A stretch of DNA of 59,945 nucleotides, filler included. It is 3 parts of 3 records of this genome, joined end to end, with 100 filler letters (N's around TTAATTAATTAA, not from the genome) between each part and the next. Parts side by side here need not be neighbours in the genome. Positions count along the whole stretch, not along the records: positions 24,102 to 36,459 come from SRR22947725_2206; positions 36,560 to 59,945 come from SRR22947725_2207; 1 more part is not named here. One strand, 5' to 3'. The notes below the pieces were generated by a model. That model was not told the origin of the DNA and did no database searches. It saw only the letters and a program-made list of their open reading frames with translations. The translations under genes were made by a program, and so were the position numbers. Of the stretch, positions 28,868 through 37,264 are shown in pieces; position 1 is the first letter of the stretch; each line of letters opens with the position of its first letter.

Positions 28868-30605
28868 AAAGCTCGCAGTTGTACTTACCATAGATGACAA
28901 ACAATTTCAATCTGGACTAAGAAAAGCCAGCAAATCATTGAAAAACTTTGGGAGGTCAATGCAGAGGACTGGAGAAAGTCTTTCCAAGAATTTGACATTG
29001 CCTATTTTAGCCTTTGGAGCTGCAAGTGTTAAAGCCTTTGACAGTCAACAAAAAGCACTTGCTCAAGTTGAAGCTGGTTTGATTTCTACTGGAAATGCTG
29101 CTGGATTTACTTCCAAAGAGCTTCAAAAAATGGCTTCTCAATTACAAGGAAAAACTCTTTTTGGAGATGAGGTTATTTTGAAAGATGCAACAGCTCAACT
29201 TTTAACTTTTACCAATATTGCTGGAACGCAATTTGAAAGAACTCAATTAGCCGCTTTAAATCTAGCCACTAGACTAGATGGAGATTTGAAATCTGCTAGT
29301 ATTCAATTAGGAAAAGCCCTAAATGACCCGATTGCAAACTTATCGGCTTTGAGCAGAAGTGGAATCCAATTTAGTCAAGATCAAAAACAAGTCATTAAAT
29401 CACTAACTGAAACTGGAAGGCTTGCTGAAGCTCAAACAATTATCTTAGATGAACTAGAGAAGCAATATGGAGGAGCTGCTGAGGCGGCTGCAAAGGCTGG
29501 ACTTGGACCGTTCCAACAATTAAAAAATGAGCTTGGAGATGTTTCTGAGGAGTTTGGAAAACTAATTCTTGAAAACATTGAGCCTCTAAAATCTGCCTTA
29601 AAAGGTTTAGCAAATACTTTGAGGAATTTAAGCACAGAACAAAAAGAAACAATCTTAAAAATTGCTGGAATGGCTGCTGCGGCTGGTCCTCTTTTGATAA
29701 TAGTTGGAAAATTATCAAAGGCTATTTCCACGATTTTGAGCTTGTTCATGAAGCTAACCCCTCAAGGTAGGATTATAAGTTTGGTTTTGGCTGGAATAAC
29801 AATAGCAGCAAACCCATTGAAAAAACTGTTTGGGTTTTTGATAAAAGAAACTAAAGAATTTGAAAACATAGTTTCCACAGCTGGAAAAACAATGGAAACA
29901 TCTCCTTTGTTTAATACTCAAAATTATGCAAAGGTCAACAAAGAGGTCAAAAAGGTCACAAAAAGTTTTGAGAAATTCAGAGAAGTAGCATCATTACAAC
30001 CTATTGCAATAAGTCCAGTTCAAGCTACGGGGGGACAAACATCGGCAGCTCCACAATTTGCAACAGATGGAAGTTACTTTCAGCAAATGCAAGAAAACAT
30101 CATTATCACTCAAAACCTTTTAACATTGAACGATTCCTTAACAGAATCATATCAAACCTTCGGAGGAGCTATTGAACAAGCGTTTTCTTCTGCTTTAGTG
30201 AGTCAAGAGGGATTCTTCAAATCTTTCATAGATTTTTCAAAAAGAGCTTTAAAACAGATTCTAGCTCAAATAGCTGCAATGGCGATTCTTAATGCACTAC
30301 TAGGAGGAACAAGACTAGGAGGAAAGCTAGGGTTTGAAAATATTGGAGGCTTTGCTGGGATTCCTAAAATGTTTGGATTCGCCGAAGGTGGGATTGTTAC
30401 TGGAGCTACTATTGCGATGGTTGGAGAAGGGAGGGGAACATCAATGAGCAATCCAGAGGTCATTGCGCCACTTGATAAATTACAAGGAATGATTAACACT
30501 AGCGGAAACGGAGCAACAGAAGTTTTTGGTCGAATTAGCGGAGCTGACATTTTATTATCAAGCGATAGAGCCAAAGGGAATAGAAACAGAACAAGAGGGT
30601 ATTAA
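28860..30605 (+). CDS. Tape measure protein
   Basis: Ala/Leu/Gly-rich helical sequence, LTLPILAFGAASVKAF, QLGKALNDP, C-terminal FAEGGIV..GE....PEVIAPLDKL. Confidence 0.92.
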   Translation: MAKKLAVVLTIDDKQFQSGLRKASKSLKNFGRSMQRTGESLSKNLTLPILAFGAASVKAFDSQQKALAQVEAGLISTGNAAGFTSKELQKMASQLQGKTLFGDEVILKDATAQLLTFTNIAGTQFERTQLAALNLATRLDGDLKSASIQLGKALNDPIANLSALSRSGIQFSQDQKQVIKSLTETGRLAEAQTIILDELEKQYGGAAEAAAKAGLGPFQQLKNELGDVSEEFGKLILENIEPLKSALKGLANTLRNLSTEQKETILKIAGMAAAAGPLLIIVGKLSKAISTILSLFMKLTPQGRIISLVLAGITIAANPLKKLFGFLIKETKEFENIVSTAGKTMETSPLFNTQNYAKVNKEVKKVTKSFEKFREVASLQPIAISPVQATGGQTSAAPQFATDGSYFQQMQENIIITQNLLTLNDSLTESYQTFGGAIEQAFSSALVSQEGFFKSFIDFSKRALKQILAQIAAMAILNALLGGTRLGGKLGFENIGGFAGIPKMFGFAEGGIVTGATIAMVGEGRGTSMSNPEVIAPLDKLQGMINTSGNGATEVFGRISGADILLSSDRAKGNRNRTRGY

Positions 30606-32740
30606 TGGGATTAAGGAAAGAATCAATTTTTAAAAATGAACTTGGTAGATTTTACAAATTAAATATCTATGATTCGGATTTTAGTGGAACATCAACAGAG
30701 TTTACAGTTTCCTCAAGAGGTTTTGATTTAGAATATCAATGCAAGGACAGAACTAGATTTACTGGTGTCATTCCGTCTTTTGTTACTTTTGATATTATTC
30801 CTCAAAATTCAGCTGATGAAACTTTCATTAATGATATAAGAAATGCACCTTACAAAAGATTCCAAATTGAAATTCTAGAGTCTTTGAGTGTTTCTTCTGG
30901 TTATGAAAATTGGTGGTGTGGGAACATTCTTTCTGATGTTAGCTCAGAACAAAATCTTTCATTTGAAGCTGGAACAAAAGCAACATTGACAGCAACTGAC
31001 GGACTGGCTCAGCTAGAAGATGTTAAGGTTGATGATAATAATAGTTATACATTAAATCAATTAACACCTTTTGTCGGTTATATTAGACAATGCCTTTTAA
31101 ATGATGTTGGAACTTCTTTTTGTTGGAGTGCATCTGATAGATTTCTCTATACAATGTGCAATTGGTACACTAATACAATGCCTACCGTTGGACAAAGTTT
31201 AGACCCTCTCAGACAAAGCGGCTCAATTTTTAGGTCATTCAAAGAGGCTGTTCAAGGTCAATCTGTGACAATTAGTTCATTTGAAATGCTTGATAGAATA
31301 TGTCGAGCATGGGGAGCACGTTTGTTCTTGTCTGAGGGAAAATGGAGATTTATTCAAAACAATGTTTATTCTCAGATGTCATCGGGGCAATTTAGACGTG
31401 AATATTTAAAAGGTTCAAATACTATTGATGGAAGTGGAATTGATGATTTAATAGTTTCGACCGGTGGTAATGTTTTAAGAGGAGGCACATTTGACACTTT
31501 GCCTCCACTTCAAAAAGTTCAAATACCTTATGATTTCCTACACGATTACAATTTGCTCGTAGAAGATGTTGTTGTTTGGAACACTTTTACAGACACAAGC
31601 GGAGCATTCGGAACATTATCAGATACTGTGTATAGAAGCACAACAAACTTCAACTCTGTATCTTTAGGCAACATAAACGCTCAAACAAATGCAAACCTCG
31701 CTTGGAATTTGTATTTTATTCCTAATTATTTTGGAACACCTCAACAAGTGGACAATTCTGCTCCAACAAGCCTTTTTCCAGATAGATTAGTCACAAATAT
31801 AGTTGCAAGGTTAAAACTTGTTGGCGATGGTGGGTCAACTTACTATTTAAGTTTAACATCAAACCCTCAAGGGGGTGGAAAATTTTGGACAACATCTTCA
31901 ACTTGGATTGGAAACTTACAGATATATGATGCAAACATTCCGCAAGAATATATCAACAGCTCTGCAATAGGTAATATAGGAAACGGACTTTTGTCAATTA
32001 CTGGATTTTCTCAAGATGGGACATACAATGCAGTCCCAGATTCTGGGGCTTTGAGTTTAGAAGTTTTCGGAAGATTTGCTTTTAAAACTTTTAACACTGG
32101 TTCTGGTGGGGGAATTGTTGCTTTTACGGATGTAAATTCATCGATGGAAGTTTATCCAGACCAACCATCTCAACAAGGTTTGGCTTTGGGTCTTGGCACT
32201 CCAGACGGACAAAATCAATTTCTAAGATTCCAAGTTAATAACTCATCAATCCAAGAACAACTATTTTCAGCAACTCAAGGGACAACAGTATCAACAGACA
32301 TTCTTAACCTCGATGAGGTTAATTTGGGAACTGGTCCGACCGCTATGTCAAACACAAGGGTAATTTGTTTTACTGATACTGGACTTACTACCTTTGATAG
32401 TGGAACTACTGCAACATGGGAAAAATACGACCAAACAACTGGAGATGGTGTTATAGGAGCAATGACAAAAATACTAGGTAAAGAAATTCTAGCTGGTAGA
32501 AAAGAAAGCGCAACAGTCTTTAACGGTGCATTAAGGAGAGATAATTTTCACTTTTTTAAAGCCTATTCAAATATTAGCGGCTCAAAGATTTTTGTTCCTC
32601 AAGAAATCAAATTCAATGCAGAAAAAAGTGTCTGGAATGGGCAATGGATTGAATGCAACGTTGATATTTCTGGTCAGACATACAATTCCGCAGACACTCC
32701 AAATCTAGGAATCCCAAACTCAAACTCAAACAATTACTGA
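30605..32740 (+). CDS. Putative tail tip/hub structural protein
   Basis: Directly after TMP (TAATG overlap), 711 aa, S/T/G/N-rich, TLTATDGLAQL motif. Confidence 0.7.
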   Translation: MGLRKESIFKNELGRFYKLNIYDSDFSGTSTEFTVSSRGFDLEYQCKDRTRFTGVIPSFVTFDIIPQNSADETFINDIRNAPYKRFQIEILESLSVSSGYENWWCGNILSDVSSEQNLSFEAGTKATLTATDGLAQLEDVKVDDNNSYTLNQLTPFVGYIRQCLLNDVGTSFCWSASDRFLYTMCNWYTNTMPTVGQSLDPLRQSGSIFRSFKEAVQGQSVTISSFEMLDRICRAWGARLFLSEGKWRFIQNNVYSQMSSGQFRREYLKGSNTIDGSGIDDLIVSTGGNVLRGGTFDTLPPLQKVQIPYDFLHDYNLLVEDVVVWNTFTDTSGAFGTLSDTVYRSTTNFNSVSLGNINAQTNANLAWNLYFIPNYFGTPQQVDNSAPTSLFPDRLVTNIVARLKLVGDGGSTYYLSLTSNPQGGGKFWTTSSTWIGNLQIYDANIPQEYINSSAIGNIGNGLLSITGFSQDGTYNAVPDSGALSLEVFGRFAFKTFNTGSGGGIVAFTDVNSSMEVYPDQPSQQGLALGLGTPDGQNQFLRFQVNNSSIQEQLFSATQGTTVSTDILNLDEVNLGTGPTAMSNTRVICFTDTGLTTFDSGTTATWEKYDQTTGDGVIGAMTKILGKEILAGRKESATVFNGALRRDNFHFFKAYSNISGSKIFVPQEIKFNAEKSVWNGQWIECNVDISGQTYNSADTPNLGIPNSNSNNY

Positions 32741-33543
32741 TGAATCTAAGCTCATACGAAGATACACTTAGAAACGAGGCTCTCAACATAGTCACAACAG
32801 CTGTTGAGGGTGTAGGTCAATCAATAAATACTTTGACTGTAATTGATTTAGGCAAAGAGGTTGCTTTTGCTGGAGAAACTGTTATTGTTTACGCAAAAGG
32901 AAGTCAGAAGTTTATTTATTTGACTTTGAGCAGTAATCTTGGAAACTCAACAACAATGAGATTCAATTCGATTGAGATTGACACCGACATTCCAGTCGGA
33001 AGTGTTATTCTTTACGCTCAACTTCCAAGAATTAAAAAAATAAACACTACCGATTTATATTTTCATCAATCTATTTATTTAACAACTGGAACAAATGGTA
33101 ATGACTATCTCTCAGCTTTTGGAACTTCTGCTTTTTCTGTAAATAGTGGAACAACCTTAAATGATGGAGATTCAAAGCCAAACAGATGGGCGGCTCAATT
33201 TTCAATCTTCATAGCTCCTTATGAATGCACTCTAAAAAAAATTAAAGGTTGGACATCAACAGATGCTTCACACGCTGAAGATGATGCTGTTATAAGTGTT
33301 TGGACTGCAACTCCAAACGCTGGAACAACAACAAACCTTACAATTGATTTGATTCACTCTTTTACAGTTGCTAATGTGAACAATCAAAATCATCTTTTCG
33401 ATTTAGAACAAGATACTACAACGCTTCTAGCAGAGGGAGACATTGTTTTTGTTAGCATCAGAAGGACTGGAGTCCACAATAGTGGTGTTAAATGGTATGC
33501 TGACATCGGCTTTGACGTAGAAATGAATAAAAAACCCCTATAA
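32740..33543 (+). CDS. Putative distal tail / receptor-binding protein
   Basis: Last structural-looking gene before the lysis genes; T/S/N-rich beta-type composition. Confidence 0.55.
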   Translation: MNLSSYEDTLRNEALNIVTTAVEGVGQSINTLTVIDLGKEVAFAGETVIVYAKGSQKFIYLTLSSNLGNSTTMRFNSIEIDTDIPVGSVILYAQLPRIKKINTTDLYFHQSIYLTTGTNGNDYLSAFGTSAFSVNSGTTLNDGDSKPNRWAAQFSIFIAPYECTLKKIKGWTSTDASHAEDDAVISVWTATPNAGTTTNLTIDLIHSFTVANVNNQNHLFDLEQDTTTLLAEGDIVFVSIRRTGVHNSGVKWYADIGFDVEMNKKPL

Positions 33544-33704
33544 TGAAAACACTATTTAAAGAATGCTCTGACGTTCTAACTTTAAACATAACAACGCTGG
33601 CAATATCATTCACTCAAGTTGAAATGATACTCAAGATTGTTCTTTTGGTTTTGTCTATTATATACACAAGTAGAAAACTTCTAAAGGACAAAAACAATGG
33701 CTAA
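33543..33704 (+). CDS. Small membrane protein, possible holin (53 aa; not in ORF track)
   Basis: MKTLFKECSDVLTLNITTLAISFTQVEMILKIVLLVLSIIYTSRKLLKDKNNG; TM segment plus basic tail; TAATG coupling. Confidence 0.65.
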   Translation: MKTLFKECSDVLTLNITTLAISFTQVEMILKIVLLVLSIIYTSRKLLKDKNNG

Positions 33705-33819
33705 AGGATTATCTTTTAAATATACTCAAAACGCTAGTAAAAAGCGTAAGGGAGTACATTCAAAGAACGCCTCCAAAGGGCAAAACGGATACAAGAAAAA
33801 ATCAAAAGGACAAGGATGA
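33697..33819 (+). CDS. Small highly basic phage peptide (40 aa; not in ORF track)
   Basis: MAKGLSFKYTQNASKKRKGVHSKNASKGQNGYKKKSKGQG; overlaps the upstream ORF and the endolysin start (ATGA). Confidence 0.7.
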   Translation: MAKGLSFKYTQNASKKRKGVHSKNASKGQNGYKKKSKGQG

Positions 33820-34160
33820 CATATTTTGAAAAAGATGAGTTTGACAATTTTGAAAAGATGGACAAGGCTTTTCTTAATATATTAGATGAAATAAGACACA
33901 TCTCTGGAGTGCCAATGATTATCACTTCCGATTACAGAAGTAAAAAGAAAAACAAAGAGGTCAAAGGAGCTCCAGATTCGGCTCATTTGTACGGTTACGC
34001 TGTCGATGTTGCTTGTTCAAATAGTATAGCAAGGATGGCTCTTATCAATGCAGCTTTAGAGTGTGGAGTGACAAGAATTGGAGTGGCTTCAAACTTTTTA
34101 CATTTTGACATAGCGGATAGATATACTACCAAACCAAAAAACGTTTTATGGGTTTACTAA
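33816..34160 (+). CDS. Endolysin, peptidase M15A family
   Basis: ITSDYR...N..V.GA..SAHLYGYAVD...RIGV...FLHFD Zn-binding pattern. Confidence 0.88.
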   Translation: MTYFEKDEFDNFEKMDKAFLNILDEIRHISGVPMIITSDYRSKKKNKEVKGAPDSAHLYGYAVDVACSNSIARMALINAALECGVTRIGVASNFLHFDIADRYTTKPKNVLWVY

Positions 34161-34537
34161 ATAAATTGTTTCAATCGGGTGCTAAAGACTTAGTTGATAG
34201 TGTGGGGAATGCTATTGACAAGATTCACACCTCATCAGAAGAAAAAGAACTGGTTAAAGCCGAAATCAAAAAGAAAATTTTAGAATATGACTATAATATC
34301 CAAAAAGAAATTACAAAACGCTGGGAGGCGGATATGCAAGGCAATTGGCTCACTAAGTCAATACGACCTCTTAGCTTGGCTTTTCTCTTGCTTGTTCTTA
34401 CTCTATTTACTATCGTTGACTTTAGTTTTGTTGAATTAGAAATAAAAGATTCTTGGGTTGACCTCTGGCAACTACTGGCTCTTACAGCCTTTGGCGCATA
34501 CTTTGGAGGAAGGTCTTACGAGAAAATTAAAAAATGA
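34148..34537 (+). CDS. Holin (3TM / gene-transfer-release holin family-like)
   Basis: TSSEEK, RWEADM, WLTKSIRPL, TM segments, AYFGGRSYEK. Confidence 0.8.
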   Translation: MGLLNKLFQSGAKDLVDSVGNAIDKIHTSSEEKELVKAEIKKKILEYDYNIQKEITKRWEADMQGNWLTKSIRPLSLAFLLLVLTLFTIVDFSFVELEIKDSWVDLWQLLALTAFGAYFGGRSYEKIKK

Positions 34538-35598
34538 AAACTGAAAAGCGTTATCGTTTGAGTGAGGATGAATGGAAGCTGATTGATGACTACCGACTAG
34601 ACAAAAAAGAACAAAAGGCACTACTAGAAAAAGAGTGTAAGGAAGCTGGAATTGATGTCAATTCAGTTTCTCATTATTGGTACAAATCAAAGAAGTTCTC
34701 AATCTTTGCAAAGCCCTTAGAACTATCAAAAAAAGATTTTCTTGACACCATAGAGAATCTGATTTCAAAATACTCTCCGAAGTATCCTTCTATTGATTAT
34801 CCTAAAATCAAAGAAGGTCATCTTTTAGTTATTAATCCAGCTGATGTTCACATCGGAAAATATGCAGATGCTTTGGAAACTGGTTCTAACTACAATATCA
34901 AAATAGCCCGAGAACGCATTTTGAATGGTGTCAGAGGCATTATCTCAAAAGCTGAGGGGTTTCATATAGATAGAGTCTTATTTTGCATAGGAAACGATAT
35001 TTTGCACGTTGACAATGTAAACGACACAACGACAAGAGGCACTCCTCAGAATACAGATGGAAGATGGCATCGTCATTTTACAACTGCTCTTGAAATCTAC
35101 GTTGAATGCGTTGAGATGCTGATGAACATTGCTCCAGTTGATTGTGTGCACTCAATGAGCAATCATGATTATATGAGTGGTTTTCACTTAGCACACGCTT
35201 TGAAAGCTTGGTTTAGAAATACAGAATCAGTCTGGGTGGATGCTACTCCTATTCATAGAAAGTTTTACACCTACGGCTTGAGTTTGATTGGCTTGACTCA
35301 CGGAGATGGAGCAAAGAGTAATCTTTTGCCCTTATTAATGGCTCAAGAAAAACCAGAGCTTTGGGCAAAAACTAAGCATCGTTATTGGTATTTGCATCAT
35401 ATTCATCATAAACAAAAGTATAAGTATTTAACAAGCTTTGATGATATTGGAGTAACCCTTGAGTTCCTAAGAAGTCCAAGCGGAACTGATGCTTGGCACT
35501 ATCAAAAAGGGTATTTAGGAAGTCCTAAAGCTGTTGAAGGTTTTATCCATTGCAAAAAAAATGGACAGATTGCTCACTTAACACATATTTTTTCTTAA
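34534..35598 (+). CDS. Calcineurin-like metallophosphoesterase
   Basis: ADVHIG, GNDILH, SNHD, THGD, HHIHH metal-binding motifs. Confidence 0.85.
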   Translation: MKTEKRYRLSEDEWKLIDDYRLDKKEQKALLEKECKEAGIDVNSVSHYWYKSKKFSIFAKPLELSKKDFLDTIENLISKYSPKYPSIDYPKIKEGHLLVINPADVHIGKYADALETGSNYNIKIARERILNGVRGIISKAEGFHIDRVLFCIGNDILHVDNVNDTTTRGTPQNTDGRWHRHFTTALEIYVECVEMLMNIAPVDCVHSMSNHDYMSGFHLAHALKAWFRNTESVWVDATPIHRKFYTYGLSLIGLTHGDGAKSNLLPLLMAQEKPELWAKTKHRYWYLHHIHHKQKYKYLTSFDDIGVTLEFLRSPSGTDAWHYQKGYLGSPKAVEGFIHCKKNGQIAHLTHIFS

Positions 35599-35652
35599 AT
35601 TCGCACCGTTTTAGTAATCTAATTTTTTTTAATTAGTAGTTTGAATTGTGAG

Positions 35653-35681
35653 AAAAAGGGCTGTAAAAGGCTCTTTTTTTT
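35653..35681 (+). terminator. Rho-independent terminator ending the late operon
   Basis: AAAAAGGGCT-GTAAAA-GGCTCTTTTT then a T-run. Confidence 0.65.
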
Positions 35682-35757
35682 GTCCTAAATTTACTTTTTC
35701 AACTTTTTTTTTAATCTAGTAAATCAAACTTTTATTGATATTTGTCAAATTATCTTG

Positions 35758-35787
35758 TTGATAATTCAAAAAAAGTATATATATTCG
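35758..35787 (+). promoter_or_regulatory. Bacteroidetes-type sigma-70 promoter candidate
   Basis: TTG (35758-60), N19, TATATTCG (35780-87); one mismatch to the TTG-N19-TAnnTTTG consensus. Confidence 0.55.
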
Positions 35788-35817
35788 CAACTCAAACATT
35801 AACTAAAACAAAAAATT

Positions 35818-36210
35818 ATGAACTATCAAGTAACAGAAAAATTTAGCGATGGAAATTTAAATGATTTAGGAACTTTCGATACTGAAAAAGAGGCAAATAC
35901 TTTTTTTTCCGAACGCCTTAAAAGTGACGGCGGTAAGCCAACGGATATGGAAAATTGGGAATTAGAGTTGAATAAATTAACTCTAAACGAAGATGGGGAT
36001 GTTGATGATATTGTAACCATCAAAAGTCAAAAACTTTATGAAGAAGGTATGATGGACAGAAAGAATCATAAAGGCGAAAACGCTATTATGTACGGCTTTG
36101 AAAGCGTTTGGAATGCAGAAAAAGGTCAGCTATTATACACTTTCTTCTTCCAAGGTAAAAAAGAGGAAAAAACCTTTTTAGAGTCTGAATTAAAAAAATG
36201 GTATTTTTAA
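35818..36210 (+). CDS. Hypothetical acidic phage protein (probable early gene)
   Basis: 130-aa ORF downstream of the promoter candidate with an A-rich leader. Confidence 0.7.
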   Translation: MNYQVTEKFSDGNLNDLGTFDTEKEANTFFSERLKSDGGKPTDMENWELELNKLTLNEDGDVDDIVTIKSQKLYEEGMMDRKNHKGENAIMYGFESVWNAEKGQLLYTFFFQGKKEEKTFLESELKKWYF

Positions 36211-36239
36211 TGGGAAAGCCCCCTACTAAAACAAAAACA

Positions 36240-36459
36240 ATGACAAAGAAATTATTAGACAGCTTTTTTCTCAATCTGGGAAAAGAAATCAAATCAAAAG
36301 AGCTCAATGCCGAACTCGTAGAGGCTACGATTAATCAGTACAAAGCCGAACTTAAAGAGCAAATCATCGCTCTTGAGGAACTATCTAAAGTACATAGACA
36401 AGAGAATCAACTAATATCTCAAGCGTTTGCAGAGGGACAAAAGCAATCTCTTGAGAAGT
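36240..36459 (+). CDS. Hypothetical phage protein (3' truncated by gap)
   Basis: ATG at 36240 preceded by the same ACTAAAACAAAAA leader as 35818; frame open into the Ns. Confidence 0.6.
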
Positions 36460-36559
36460 NNNNNNNNNNNNNNNNNNNNNNNNNNNNNNNNNNNNNNNNN
36501 NNNTTAATTAATTAANNNNNNNNNNNNNNNNNNNNNNNNNNNNNNNNNNNNNNNNNNNN
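36460..36559. other. Artificial contig linker (N-run + TTAATTAATTAA + N-run)
   Basis: Same 100-bp pad design as 24002-24101. Confidence 0.97.
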
Positions 36560-36571
36560 AGGTGGGACCAC
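36560..36571 (+). tRNA. Probable 3' end fragment of a tRNA (possibly the CAT-anticodon Ile2/Met type)
   Basis: AGGTGGGACCAC reads as T-stem end + acceptor strand TGGGACC + discriminator A, followed immediately by a terminator; only 12 nt visible. Confidence 0.5.
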
Positions 36572-36575
36572 CCTT

Positions 36576-36602
36576 AAAACCCCTCTTCTTGAGGGGTTTT
36601 TT
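36576..36602 (+). terminator. Rho-independent terminator
   Basis: AAAACCCCTC-TTCTT-GAGGGGTTTT followed by TT. Confidence 0.85.
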
Positions 36603-36657
36603 GTTTTTATACGTTTGGTAATGAGGGCTAAGGTTTAGATAATTGTTATATTTAGGT

Positions 36658-37242
36658 ATGAAAAAACTCTTTTTACTATTACTGTTTGTTCCAATTGTGT
36701 CTTTTGGGCAAACGACTCAACTAAAGGCTAATTTACCCTTTAGTGAAATATCAGAATACCCAACTGAGTTTTCACAAGCTAATATTGTTTCAAGAATGAT
36801 TGAAGGTCTTGGCTACAGATATTATTGGGCTACTAAGTCGTTAACTGAAAAAGATTTAAATTATAAGCCTAGTGATGATACAAGATCAACATTACAAATA
36901 CTTGAACATATATATAGCTTGACTGAGATGATTTCGTCATCTTTTAAAAAGAATGAATTTGAATTTACCCTTGTAAAAGGTAATTATAATGACCTGCGAG
37001 AAAAAACATTATTGAATTTGAAATATATTCAAGATGAGTTAAAGTTAAATCCTGACTTTTCACAATTACCCCTGAGATTTGAAATGGAAGGAACAAAAAT
37101 GGAGTTTCCTTTTTGGAATCAAATAAATGGACCTATTTCTGATGCTTTATGGCATTGTGGACAAGTAGTGATGAACAGAAGAGCAAGTGGAAACCCTTTA
37201 CAACCTGGAGTTAATGTTTTTATTGGCAAAACATCTTATTAA
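36658..37242 (+). CDS. Secreted DinB-like family protein
   Basis: Signal peptide from MKK at 36658; RSTLQILEHI, SDALWHCGQV. Confidence 0.7.
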   Translation: MKKLFLLLLFVPIVSFGQTTQLKANLPFSEISEYPTEFSQANIVSRMIEGLGYRYYWATKSLTEKDLNYKPSDDTRSTLQILEHIYSLTEMISSSFKKNEFEFTLVKGNYNDLREKTLLNLKYIQDELKLNPDFSQLPLRFEMEGTKMEFPFWNQINGPISDALWHCGQVVMNRRASGNPLQPGVNVFIGKTSY

Positions 37243-37264
37243 AACTATAAATCCCATTTAAAAA

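Larger units (their letters stand above)
24102..36459 (+). mobile_element. Siphovirus (HK97-type) head-tail-lysis module; prophage or co-sorted infecting phage
   Basis: Canonical gene order: protease, capsid, connector, closure, gp10, terminator, tube, chaperone, TMP, tail tip, lysis; all on one strand; k-mer usage differs from the flanking contigs. Confidence 0.95.

Noticed and set aside
33734-33925. 63-aa minus-strand ORF in the lysis region
   Set aside because: Antisense to the coupled plus-strand micro-ORF and endolysin
24102-36459. Gene transfer agent interpretation (holin family named for gene-transfer release)
   Set aside because: That holin family is common in true phages; k-mer usage differs strongly from the host and no host flanks are visible
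36198-36515. 105-aa ORF as given in the track
   Set aside because: Runs through Ns into the linker; the better start is ATG 36240 and the gene is truncated
24002-36559. Repeated TTAATTAATTAA flanking the phage region as att sites or terminal repeats
   Set aside because: Embedded in identical N pads; an artificial six-frame-stop contig linker
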